DNA from: the human T2T-CHM13v2.0 reference genome, Homo sapiens
DNA: 64,000 nt
Reading direction: 5' to 3' (one strand)
Assembly (NCBI RefSeq): GCF_009914755.1
Contig: NC_060948.1
Positions within the stretch are counted from its first letter, which is position 1. Every line of letters begins with the position of its first letter. The notes under the pieces were generated by a model, which saw only the letters and a list, made by a program, of their open reading frames with translations, was not told the DNA's origin and ran no database searches. A program made the translations under genes and the position numbers. Shown in pieces: positions 14,285 through 28,574 of the stretch.

Positions 14285-17200
14285 TGGAAAGGCTGGGTGT
14301 CGAAAGGAATTGACTCCAATGGAATGGAATCGAATGGAATGGAAGTGAATAGAATCGAACTAAATCGAATGGAATGGAATTGATAGGAACGGAATGGAAA
14401 GGAATGCAATGATTTGGCATGGAATGGAATCGAATGGCATCGAATGGAATGGAATGGAATGCAATGGAATGGAATGTATTAGAATGTAATGAACTTTAAT
14501 GGAATGTACTCGAATGGATTCGACTGGAATGGAATGTTCTGGAAGTGAATGGACTCCAATGGAATGGATTCAAAAGGAATGGAATCGTACGGAATGGAAT
14601 CTAATGGAATGGAATTAAATGGAAATGAATCAAATTGAATAGCACGGAATTGAATTGAATGGAATGGAATGCAATGGAATCTAATGAAACGGAAAGGAAA
14701 GGAATGGAATGGAATGGAATGGACTGGAATGGAAAGGAATCGAAACGAATGAAATGAAATCGAACTGAAGAGCCTGGAATGGAATGCACTGGAATGGAAG
14801 GGAGTGTAATGGAAGGTTCTCGAAAAAAATGGAATGGAATGGAATGGAATTGAATGGAACGGAATAGAGTCGAATGGAATTGAATGGAATGGAATGGACT
14901 AGAGTGAAATGGAATCGAACCACAAGGAATGGACAGGAATAGAATGGTCTCGAATTGAATGGAATCGTATGGAATGGCATCAAACGGAATGGAATGGACA
15001 GCCACGGAATGGAATGCACTCGAATGCAATGGAGTCGAAACTAATGGAATGGAATAGAATGGACTCGACTGGTACGGACTCCAATGGAATGGAATCGAAT
15101 GGAAGGGAATCGAACGGAATGGACTCGAAGGGAAAAGACTGCAATGGAAAGGTCTCGAATGGAATGGAAATTAATGGAATGGAATGGAATCGAATGAAAT
15201 GGAGTCAAAAGGAATGGAATCGAATGGCAAGAATTCGAATGTAATGGAATCGCAAGGAATTGATGTGAACGGAACGGAATGGAATGGAATCCAAAGGAAT
15301 GGAATAGAATGGAATGGAATCGAATGGAAAGGACTCGAATGGAAATCACTCGAATAGAATGCAATTTAATAAAATAGGATCAAATGTAATTGAATGGAAT
15401 GGAAAGGAATCGAAACGAAAGGAATGGAGACAGATGGAATGGAATGGAACAGAGAGCAATGGTATAGAATGGAATGGAATCATCTGGAAAGGAATTGAAT
15501 GGAATGGAATAATATGAAATGGAATGGAATGGAATGGAATGGAATGCCCTTGAATTAAATGGACTGGAATGGAATGGACTCGAACAGAGTGGAATGGAAA
15601 GTGTTGAGATAGAATGGAATGGACTCCTTTGGAATGGTGTAGTATGCAATGCAATCGACTGGCAGGGAATCAAAAGGAATGTAATGGAATGGATTGGACT
15701 GGAATGCAATGGACTCGAATAGATTGGAAACGGAATGCAAAGGAGTGGAATGGAATAGTATGGAATGGAATGGAAAGGAATGGAGTGGAATAGACTAGAG
15801 TGGAATGGAATGGACTGGAAAGCAATGGACTGGAATGGAACTTTCTTGAATGGACTGGAATCAAACGGAATGGAATGCAATGCAATCAAATGGCATGGAA
15901 TAAAATAGAATGAAAGAGAATCAAATGGAATTGAATCGAATGGAATCGAATGGATTGGAAAGGAATAGAATGGAATGGAATGGAATTGACTCAAATGGAA
16001 TGGACTAGAATGGAATGGATTCGAATGGAAGGCAAAGGAATGGAATCTATTGGAATGGACTGTAATGGAATGGAATGGAAGGGATTGGAATGGACTCGAA
16101 TGCAATGGACTGCAATAGAAAGGATTCGAATGGAATGAAAAAGAATTGAATGGAATAGAACAGAATGGAATCAAATCGAATGAAATGGAATGGAATAGAA
16201 AGGAATGGAATGAAATGGAATGGAAAGGATTCGAATGGAATGCAATCGAATGGAATGGAATCGAACGGAATGGAATAAAATGGAAGAAAACTGGCAAGAA
16301 ATGGAATCGAAATGAATGGAGTGTTATGGAACGGACTCAAAAGGAATTGAATGTAATAGAATGGAGTGGAGTGGACTCGAATATAATGGACTGGAATGGA
16401 ATGAAATCACATGGAATGGGAACGAATGGAATGGAATGGAAAGGAATGGAATCGAATGGAAAGGAATCGAATGGAAGGGAATGAAATTGAATCAACAGGA
16501 ATGGAAGGGAATAGAATAGACGGTAATGGAATGGACTCGAATAGAATGGACAGGAATGCTCAAATTGAATGGACTCGAATGGAATGGAAACGAAAGGAAT
16601 GTCATCGAATGGAATTGAATCGATTGGAATGAAATCGTATAGAATGGAGTGGAATCAAATGGAATTGAATCGAAAGGAAAGGAAGCAAATGGACTGAAAT
16701 GAAATGGAATGGAATTGAATGGAAAGTTATGTAATGGAATAGAATGGAACGAAATTTCACGGAATGGAATCAAACTGAATGGAATCAAATCAATGGAATC
16801 AAATCAAATGGAATGGATAGGAATTGAATGGAGTAGATTGGATTGGATGGGATTGGAATGAAATGTACTGGAAAGGACTCGAATTTCATGAAACGGAATG
16901 GAATGAATTGGAACGGAACGGACTGGAATGGAGTGGAATATCATGGAATGGCATCAAATGGAATGGCATCAAATGGAATGGAATCGAATGCAATGGAATG
17001 CTATGGAATGGAATGGAATGCATTGGAATGGAATGTCCTCTAATGGAATGGATTCGAGTGGAATGGAATCGAATATAATGGAGTCGAATGAAATGGAATT
17101 GAAAGGAATGGGATCGAATATAATGGAATATACTGGAATGTAATGTAATGAACTCGAATGTAATTGACTGGAATGGAATGTACATGAATGGAATGTAATC

Positions 17201-17863
17201 GAATGGAAAGTAATCCAATGGAATAGAATCTAATGCAATAAAATCGACTCAGATAGAGTAGAATGTAATGGAATGGAGTGCAGTGCAATGGAATGGAAAG
17301 GAATGGAATGCAATGGAATGGAATGGAATTGAATGCAATGGAATGGAATGGAATGGAATGGAATGGAATGGGATGGAATGGTATGGAATGGATAGTAATG
17401 GACTGGAGTGAAATGGACTGGAAAGGAATGGACTCAAATTGAAAGAGCTCGAAAGGAATGGAGTCAAATGGAAGGGTCTGGAATGTAATGAACACGAATG
17501 TAATGCAATCCAATAGAATGGAATCGAATGGCATGGAATATAAAGAAATGGATTCGAAGAGAATGGAAACAAATGGAATGGAATTGAATGGAATGGAATT
17601 GAATGGAATGGGAACGAATGGAGTGAAATTGTATGCAGTAGAAGGGAATAGAATGGAATGCAAGCGAAAGGAAAGGAATGGATTGGAATGGAATGGAATT
17701 CATTGGAATGGAAGGGAATGTAGTGTAATGGACAGGCCTGGAATAAAGTGGAATGCTACGGTCTCGAATGGAATAAAAATGTATGGAATGGAATGCAATG
17801 AAACGGAATCGAATGTCATAGAATGTAATGGAATGCAAAAAAATGGAATCCAAAATCATTGAC
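14285..17863 (+). repeat. DYZ1 unit 5 (3579 bp)
   Basis: Landmark spacing; extra GAATTC at 15231. Confidence 0.93.
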
Positions 17864-20800
17864 TGGAAAGGCTGGGTGTCGAAAGGAATTGACTCCAATG
17901 GAATGGAATCGAATGGAATGGAAGTGAATAGAATCGAACTAAATCGAATGGAATGGAATTGATAGGAACGGAATGGAAAGGAATGCAATGATTTGGCATG
18001 GAATGGAATCGAATGGCATCGAATGGAATGGAATGGAATGCAATGGAATGGAATGTATTAGAATGTAATGAACTTTAATGGAATGTACTCGAATGGATTC
18101 GACTGGAATGGAATGTTCTGGAAGTGAATGGACTCCAATGGAATGGATTCAAAAGGAATGGAATTGTACGGAATGGAATCTAATGGAATGGAATTAAATG
18201 GAAATGAATCAAATTGAATAGCACGGAATTGAATTGAATGGAATGGAATGCAATGGAATCTAATGAAACGGAAAGGAAAGGAATGGAATGGAATGGAATG
18301 GGCTGGAATGGAAAGGAATCGAAACGAATGGAATGGAATCGAACTGAAGAGACTGGAATGGAATGCACTGGAATGGAAGGGAGTGTAATGGAAGGTTCTC
18401 GAAAAAAATGGAATGGAATGGAATGGAATTGAATGGAACGGAATAGAGTCGAATGGAATTGAATGGAATGGAATGGACTAGAGTGAAATGGAATCGAACC
18501 ACAAGGAATGGACAGGAATAGAATGGTCTCGAATTGAATGGAATCGTATGGAATGGCATCAAACGGAATGGAATGGACAGCCACGGAATGGAATGCACTC
18601 GAATGCAATGGAGTCGAAACTAATGGAATGGAATAGAATGGACTCGACTGGTACGGACTCCAATGGAATGGAATCGAATGGAAGGGAATCGAACGGAATG
18701 GACTCGAAGGGAAAAGACTGCAATGGAAAGGTCTCGAATGGAATGGAAATTAATGGAATGGAATGGAATCGAATGAAATGGAGTCAAAAGGAATGGAATC
18801 GAATGGCAAGAATTCGAATGTAATGGAATCGCAAGGAATTGATGTGAACGGAACGGAATGGAATGGAATCCAAAGGAATGGAATAGAATGGAATGGAATC
18901 GAATGGAAAGGACTCGAATGGAAATCACTCGAATAGAATGCAATTTAATAAAATAGGATCAAATGTAATTGAATGGAATGGAAAGGAATCGAAACGAAAG
19001 GAATGGAGACAGATGGAATGGAATGGAACAGAGAGCAATGGTATAGAATGGAATGGAATCATCTGGAAAGGAATTGAATGGAATGGAATAATATGAAATG
19101 GAATGGAATGGAATGGAATGGAATGCCCTTGAATTAAATGGACTGGAATGGAATGGACTCGAACAGAGTGGAATGGAAAGTGTTGAGATAGAATGGAATG
19201 GACTCCTTTGGAATGGTGTAGTATGCAATGCAATCGACTGGCAGGGAATCAAAAGGAATGTAATGGAATGGATTGGACTGGAATGCAATGGACTCGAATA
19301 GATTGGAAACGGAATGCAAAGGAGTGGAATGGAATAGTATGGAATGGAATGGAAAGGAATGGAGTGGAATAGACTAGAGTGGAATGGAATGGACTGGAAA
19401 GCAATGGACTGGAATGGAACTTTCTTGAATGGACTGGAATCAAACGGAATGGAATGCAATGCAATCAAATGGCATGGAATAAAATAGAATGAAAGAGAAT
19501 CAAATGGAATTGAATCGAATGGAATCGAATGGATTGGAAAGGAATAGAATGGAATGGAATGGAATTGACTCAAATGGAATGGACTAGAATGGAATGGATT
19601 CGAATGGAAGGCAAAGGAATGGAATCTATTGGAATGGACTGTAATGGAATGGAATGGAAGGGATTGGAATGGACTCGAATGCAATGGACTGCAATAGAAA
19701 GGATTCGAATGGAATGAAAAAGAATTGAATGGAATAGAACAGAATGGAATCAAATCGAATGAAATGGAATGGAATAGAAAGGAATGGAATGAAATGGAAT
19801 GGAAAGGATTCGAATGGAATGCAATCGAATGGAATGGAATCGAACGGAATGGAATAAAATGGAAGAAAACTGGCAAGAAATGGAATCGAAATGAATGGAG
19901 TGTTATGGAACGGACTCAAAAGGAATTGAATGTAATAGAATGGAGTGGAGTGGACTCGAATATAATGGACTGGAATGGAATGAAATCACATGGAATGGGA
20001 ACGAATGGAATGGAATGGAAAGGAATGGAATCGAATGGAAAGGAATCGAATGGAAGGGAATGAAATTGAATCAACAGGAATGGAAGGGAATAGAATAGAC
20101 GGTAATGGAATGGACTCGAATAGAATGGACAGGAATGCTCAAATTGAATGGACTCGAATGGAATGGAAACGAAAGGAATGTCATCGAATGGAATTGAATC
20201 GATTGGAATGAAATCGTATAGAATGGAGTGGAATCAAATGGAATTGAATCGAAAGGAAAGGAAGCAAATGGACTGAAATGAAATGGAATGGAATTGAATG
20301 GAAAGTTATGTAATGGAATAGAATGGAACGAAATTTCACGGAATGGAATCAAACTGAATGGAATCAAATCAATGGAATCAAATCAAATGGAATGGATAGG
20401 AATTGAATGGAGTAGATTGGATTGGATGGGATTGGAATGAAATGTACTGGAAAGGACTCGAATTTCATGAAACGGAATGGAATGAATTGGAACGGAACGG
20501 ACTGGAATGGAGTGGAATATCATGGAATGGCATCAAATGGAATGGCATCAAATGGAATGGAATCGAATGCAATGGAATGCTATGGAATGGAATGGAATGC
20601 ATTGGAATGGAATGTCCTCTAATGGAATGGATTCGAGTGGAATGGAATCGAATATAATGGAGTCGAATGAAATGGAATTGAAAGGAATGGGATCGAATAT
20701 AATGGAATATACTGGAATGTAATGTAATGAACTCGAATGTAATTGACTGGAATGGAATGTACATGAATGGAATGTAATCGAATGGAAAGTAATCCAATGG

Positions 20801-21442
20801 AATAGAATCTAATGCAATAAAATCGACTCAGATAGAGTAGAATGTAATGGAATGGAGTGCAGTGCAATGGAATGGAAAGGAATGGAATGCAATGGAATGG
20901 AATGGAATTGAATGCAATGGAATGGAATGGAATGGAATGGAATGGAATGGGATGGAATGGTATGGAATGGATAGTAATGGACTGGAGTGAAATGGACTGG
21001 AAAGGAATGGACTCAAATTGAAAGAGCTCGAAAGGAATGGAGTCAAATGGAAGGGTCTGGAATGTAATGAACACGAATGTAATGCAATCCAATAGAATGG
21101 AATCGAATGGCATGGAATATAAAGAAATGGATTCGAAGAGAATGGAAACAAATGGAATGGAATTGAATGGAATGGAATTGAATGGAATGGGAACGAATGG
21201 AGTGAAATTGTATGCAGTAGAAGGGAATAGAATGGAATGCAAGCGAAAGGAAAGGAATGGATTGGAATGGAATGGAATTCATTGGAATGGAAGGGAATGT
21301 AGTGTAATGGACAGGCCTGGAATAAAGTGGAATGCTACGGTCTCGAATGGAATAAAAATGTATGGAATGGAATGCAATGAAACGGAATCGAATGTCATAG
21401 AATGTAATGGAATGCAAAAAAATGGAATCCAAAATCATTGAC
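17864..21442 (+). repeat. DYZ1 unit 6 (3579 bp)
   Basis: Landmark spacing; extra GAATTC at 18810; near-identical to unit 5. Confidence 0.93.
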
Positions 21443-24400
21443 TGGAAAGGCTGGGTGTCGAAAGGAATTGACTCCAATGGAATGGAATCGAATGGAATGG
21501 AAGTGAATAGAATCGAACTAAATCGAATGGAATGGAATTGATAGGAACGGAATGGAAAGGAATGCAATGATTTGGCATGGAATGGAATCGAATGGCATCG
21601 AATGGAATGGAATGGAATGCAATGGAATGGAATGTATTAGAATGTAATGAACTTTAATGGAATGTACTCGAATGGATTCGACTGGAATGGAATGTTCTGG
21701 AAGTGAATGGACTCCAATGGAATGGATTCAAAAGGAATGGAATTGTACGGAATGGAATCTAATGGAATGGAATTAAATGGAAATGAATCAAATTGAATAG
21801 CACGGAATTGAATTGAATGGAATGGAATGCAATGGAATCTAATGAAACGGAAAGGAAAGGAATGGAATGGAATGGAATGGGCTGGAATGGAAAGGAATCG
21901 AAACGAATGGAATGGAATCGAACTGAAGAGACTGGAATGGAATGCACTGGAATGGAAGGGAGTGTAATGGAAGGTTCTCGAAAAAAATGGAATCGAATGG
22001 AATGGAATTGAATGGAACGGAATAGAGTCGAATGGAATTGAATGGAATGGAATGGACTAGAGTGAAATGGAATCGAACCACAAGGAATGGACAGGAATAG
22101 AATGGTCTCGAATTGAATGGAATCGTATGGAATGGCATCAAACGGAATGGAATGGACAGCCACGGAATGGAATGCACTCGAATGCAATGGAGTCGAAACT
22201 AATGGACTGGAAGAGAATGGACTCGACTGGTACGGACTCCAATGGAATGGAATCGAATGGAAGGGAATCGAACGGAATGGACTCGAAGGGAAAAGACTGC
22301 AATGGAAAGGTCTCGAATGGAATGGAAATTAATGGAATGGAATGGAATCGAATGAAATGGAGTCAAAAGGAATGGAATCGAATGGCAAGAAATCAAATGT
22401 AATGGAATCGCAAGGAATTGATGTGAACGGAACGGAATGGAATGGAATCCAAAGGAATGGAATAGAATGGAATGGAATCGAATGGAAAGGACTCGAATGG
22501 AAATCACTCGAATAGAATGCAATTTAATAAAATAGGATCAAATGTAATGGAATGGAATGGAAAGGAATCGAAACGAAAGGAATGGAGACAGATGGAATGG
22601 AATAGAACAGCGAGCAATGGTATAGAATGGAATGGAATCATCTGGAATGGAATTGAATGGAATGGAATAATATGAAATGGAATGGAATGGAATGGAATGG
22701 AATGCCCTTGAATTAAATGGACTGGAATGGAATGGACTCGAACAGAGTGGAATGGAAAGTGTTGAGATAGAATGGAATGGACTCCTTTGGAATGGTGTAG
22801 TATGCAATGCAATCGACTGGCAGGGAATCAAAAGGAATGTAATGGAATGGACTGGACTGGAATGCAATGGACTCGAATAGATTGGAAACGGAATGCAAAG
22901 GAATGGAATGGAATAGTATGGAAAGGAATGGAAAGGAATGGAGTGGAATAGACTAGAGTGGAATGGAACGGACTGGAAAGCAATGGACTGGAATGGATCT
23001 TTCTTGAATGGACTGGAATCAATCGGAATGGAATGCAATGCAATCAAATGGCATGGAATAAAATAGAATGAAAGAGAATCAAATGGAATTGAATCGAATG
23101 GAATCGAATGGATTGGAAAGGAATAGAATGGAATGGAATGGAATTGACTCAAATGGAATGGACTAGAATGGAATGGATTCGAATGGAAGGCAAAGGAATG
23201 GAATCTATTGGAATGGACTGTAATGGAATGGAATGGAAGGGATTGGAATGGACTCGAATGGAATGGACTGCAATAGAAAGGATTCGAATGGAATGAAAAA
23301 GAATTGAATGGAAAGAACAGAATGGAATCAAATCGAATGAAATGGAATGGTATAGAAAGGAATGGAATGAAATGGAATGGAAAGGATTCGAATGGAATGC
23401 AATCGAATGGAATGGAATCGAACGGAATGGAATAAAATGGAAGAAAACTGGCAAGAAATGGAATCGAAATGAATGGAGTGTTATGGAACGGACTCAAAAG
23501 GAATTGAATGTAATAGAATGGAGTGGAGTGGACTCGAATACAATGGACTGGAATGGAATGAAATCACATGGAATGGGAACGAATGGAATGGAATGGAAAG
23601 GAATGGAATCGAATGGAAAGGAATCGAATGGAAGGGAATGAAATTGAATCAACAGGAATGGAAGGGAATAGAATAGACGGTAATGGAATGGACTCGAATA
23701 GAATGGACACGAATGCTCAAATTGAATGGACTCGAATGGAATGGAAACGAAAGGAATGTCATCGAATGGAATTGAATCGATTGGAATGAAATCGCATAGA
23801 ATGGAGTGGAATCAAATGGAATTGAATCGAAAGGAAAGGAAGCGAATGGACTGAAATGAAATGGAATGGAATTGAATGGAAAGTAATGCAATGGAATAGA
23901 ATGGAACGAAATTTCACGGAATGGAATCAAACTGAATGGAATCAAATCAATGGAATCCAATCAAATGGAATGGAGTAGATTGGATTGGATGGGATTGGAA
24001 TGAAATGTACTGGAAAGGACTCGAATTTCATGAAACGGAATGCAATGAATTGGAACGGAATGGACTCGAATGGAATGGAATGTCATAGAATGGCATCAAA
24101 TGGATTGGCATCAAATGGAATGGAATAGAATTCAATGGAATGCTATGGAATGGAATCGAATGCATTGGAATGGAATGTCCTCTAATGGAATGGATTCGAG
24201 TGGAATGGAATCGAATATAATGGAGTCGAATGAAATGGAATTGAAAGGAATGGGATCGAATAGAATGGAATATACTGGAATGTAATGTAATGAACTCGAA
24301 TGTAATTGACTGGAATGGAATGTACATGAATGGAATGTAATCGAATGGAAAGTAATCCAATGGAATAGAATCTAATGCAATAAAATCGACTCAGATAGAG

Positions 24401-25000
24401 TAGAATGTAATGGAATGGAGTGCAGTGCAATGGAATGGAATGGAATGGAATGCAATGGAATGGAATGGAATGGAATTGAATGGAATGGAATGGAATGGAA
24501 TGGAATGGGATGGAATGGTATGGAATGGATAGTAATGGACTGGAGTGAAATGGACTGGAAAGGAATGGACTCAAATTGAAAGGGCTCGAAAGGAATGGAG
24601 TCAAATGGAATAGTCTGGAATGGAATGAACACGAATGTAATGCAATCCAATAGAATGTAATCGAATGGCATGGAATATAAAGAAATGGAATCGAAGAGAA
24701 TGGAAACAAATGGAATGGAATTGAATGGAATGGAATTGAATGGAATGGGAACGAATGGAGTGAAATTGTATGCAGTAGAAGAGAATAGAATGGAATGCAA
24801 GCGAAAGGAAAGGAATGGATTGGAATGGAATGGAATTCATTGGAATGGAAGGGAATGTAGTGTAATGGACAGGCCTGGAATAAAGTGGAATGCTACGGTC
24901 TCGAATGGAATAAAAATGTATGGAATGGAATGCAATGAAAGGGAATCGAATGTCATAGAATGTAATGGAATGCAACAAAATGGAATCCAAAATCATTGAC
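21443..25000 (+). repeat. DYZ1 unit 7 (3558 bp)
   Basis: Landmark spacing; 1-bp deletion near 23314; 15-bp deletion near 23970; extra GAATTC at 24128. Confidence 0.93.
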
Positions 25001-28000
25001 TGGAAAGGCTGGGTGTCGAAAGGAATTGACTCCAATGGAATGGAATCGAATGGAATGGAAGTGAATAGAATCGAACTAAATCGAATGGAATGGAATTGAT
25101 AGGAACGGAATGGAGAGGAATGCAATGATTTGGCATGGAATGCAATCGAATGGCATCGAATGGAATGGAATGGAATGCAATGGAATGGAATGTATTAGAA
25201 TGTAATGAACTTTAATGGAATGTACTCGAATGGATTCGACTGGAATGGAATGTTCTGGAAGTGAATGGACTCCAATGGAATGGATTCCAAAGGAATGGAA
25301 TCGTACGGAATGGAATCTAATGGAATGGAATTAAATGGAAATGAATCAAATTGAATAGCACGGAATTGAATTGAATGGAATGGAATGCAATGGAATCTAA
25401 TGAAACGGAAAGGAAAGGAATGGAATGGAATGGAATGGGCTGGAATGGAAAGGAATCGAAACGAATGGAATGGAATCGAACTGAAGAGACTGGAATGGAA
25501 TGCACTGGAATGGAAGGGAGTGTAATGGAAGGTTCTCGAAAAAAATGGAATCGAATGGAATGGAATTGAATGGAACGGAATAGAGTCGAATGGAATTGAA
25601 TGGAATGGAATGGACTAGAGTGAAATGGAATCGAACCACAAGGAATGGACAGGAATAGAATGGTCTCGAATTGAATGGAATCGTATGGAATGGCATCAAA
25701 CGGAATGGAATGGACAGCCACGGAATGGAATGCACTCGAATGCAATGGAGTCGAAACTAATGGACTGGAATAGAATGGACTCGACTGGTACGGACTCCAA
25801 TGGAATGGAATCGAATGGAAGGGAATCGAACGGAATGGACTCGAAGGGAAAAGACTGCAATGGAAAGGTCTCGAATGGAATGGAAATTAATGGAATGGAA
25901 TGGAATCGAATGAAATGGAGTCAAAAGGAATGGAATCGAATGGCAAGAAATCGAATGTAATGGAATCGCAAGGAATTGATGTGAACGGAACGGAATGGAA
26001 TGGAATCCAAAGGAATGGAATAGAATGGAATGGAATCGAATGGAAAGGACTCGAATGGAAATCACTCGAATAGAATGCAATTTAATAAAATAGGATCAAA
26101 TGTAATGGAATGGAATGGAAAGGAATCGAAACGAAAGGAATGGAGACAGATGGAATGGAATGGAACAGAGAGCAATGGTATAGAATGGAATGGAATCATC
26201 TGGAATGGAATTGAATGGAATGGAATAATATGAAATGGAATGGAATGGAATGGAATGGAATGGAATGCCCTTGAATTAAATGGACTGTAATGGAATGGAC
26301 TCGAACAGAGTGGAATGGAAAGTGTTGAGATAGAATGGAATGGACTCGTTTGGAATGGTCTAGTATGCAATGCAATCGACTGGCAGGGAATCAAAAGGAA
26401 TGTAATGGAATGGATTGGACTGGAATGCAATGGACTCGAATAGATTGGAAACGGAATGCAAAGGAATGGAATGGAATAGTATGGAATGGAATGGAAAGGA
26501 ATGGAGTGGAATAGACTAGAGTGGAATGGAATGGACTGGAAAGCAATAGACTGGAATGGAACTTTCTTGAATGGACTGGAATCAAACGGAATGGAATGCA
26601 ATGCAATCAAATGGCATGGAATAAAATAGAATGAAAGAGAATCAAATGGAATTGAATCGAATGGAATCGAATGGATTGGAAAGGAATAGAATGGAATGGA
26701 ATGGAATTGACTCAAATGGAATGGACTAGAATGGAATGGACTCGAATGGAAGGCAAAGGAATGGAATCTATTGGAATGGACTGTAATGGAATGGAATGGA
26801 AGGGATTGGAATGGACTCGAATGGAATGGACTGCAATAGAAAGGATTCGAATGGAATGAAAAAGAATTGAATGGAATAGAACAGAATGGAATCAAATCGA
26901 ATGAAATGGAGTGGAATAGAAAGGAATGGAATGAAATGGAATGGAAAGGATTCGAATGGAATGCAATCGAATGGAATGGAATCGAACGGAATGGAATAAA
27001 ATGGAAGAAAACTGGCAAGAAATGGAATCGAAATGAATGGAGTGTTATGGAACGGACTCAAAAGGAATTGAATGTAATAGAATGGAGTGGAGTGGACTCG
27101 AATATAATGGACTGGAATGGAATGAAATCACATGGAATGGGAACGAATGGAATGGAATGGAAAGGAATGGAATCGAATGGAAAGGAATCGAATGGAAGGG
27201 AATGAAATTGAATCAACAGGAATGGAAGGGAATAGAATAGACGGTAATGGAATGGACTCGAATAGAATGGACACGAATGCTCAAATTGAATGGACTCGAA
27301 TGGAATGGAAACGAAAGGAGTGTCATCGAATGGAATTGAATCGATTGGAATGAAATCGCATAGAATGGAGTGGAATCAAATGGAATTGAATCGAAAGGAA
27401 AGGAAGCGAATGGACTGAAATGAAATGGAATGGAATTGAATGGAAAGTAATGCAATGGAATAGAATGGAACGAAATTTCACGGAATGGAATCAAACTGAA
27501 TGGAATCAAATCAATGGAATCAAATCAAATGGAATGGAAAGGAATTGAATGGAGTAGATTGGATTGGATGGGATTGGAATGAAATGTACTGGAAAGGACT
27601 CGAATTTCATGAAACGGAATGGAATGAATTGGAACGGAATGGACTCGAATGGAATGGAATGTCATGGAATGGCATCAAATGGAATGGCATCAAATGGAAT
27701 GGAATCGAATGCAATGGAATGCTATGGAATGGAATGGAATGCATTGGAATGGAATGTCCTCTAATGGAATGGATTCGAGTGGAATGGAATCGAATATAAT
27801 GGAGTCGAATGAAATGGAATTGAAAAGAATGGGATCGAATACAATGGAATATACTGGAATGTAATGTAATGAACTCGAATGTAATTGACTGGAATGGAAT
27901 GTACATGAATGGAATGTAATCGAATGGAAAGTAATCCAATGGAATAGAAACTAATGCAATAAAATCGACTCAAATAGAGTAGAATGTAATGGAATGGAGT

Positions 28001-28574
28001 GCAGTGCAATGGAATGGAATGGAATGGAATGCAATGGAATGGAATGGAATGTTATGGAATGGAATGGAATGGATTGGAATGGGATGGAATGGTATGGAAT
28101 GGATAGTAATGGACTGGAGTGAAATGGACTGGAAAGGAATGGACTCAAATTGAAAGGGCTCGAAAGGAATGGAGTCAAATGGAATAGTCTGGAATGGAAT
28201 GAACACGAATGTAATGCAATCCAATAGAATGTAATCGAATGGCATGGAATATAAAGAAATGGAATCGAAGAGAATGGAAACAAATGGAATGGAATTGAAT
28301 GGAATGGAATTGAATGGAATGGGAACGAATGGAGTGAAATTGTATGCAGTAGAAGAGAATAGAATGGAATGCAAGCGAAAGGAAAGGAATGGATTGGAAT
28401 GGAATGGAATTCATTGGAATGGAAGGGAATGTAGTGTAATGGACAGGCCTGGAATAAAGTGGAATGCTACGGTCTCGAATGGAATAAAAATGTATGGAAT
28501 GGAATGCAATGAAAGGGAATCGAATGTCATAGAATGTAATGGAATGCAAAAAAATGGAATCCAAAATCATTGAC
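25001..28574 (+). repeat. DYZ1 unit 8 (3574 bp)
   Basis: Landmark at 25001; extra pentamer near 26250. Confidence 0.93.

Noticed and set aside
22538-27018. Longest ORFs (319 aa and 318 aa, minus strand)
   Set aside because: Chance fusions created by the 1-bp deletion in unit 7 and the extra pentamer in unit 8.
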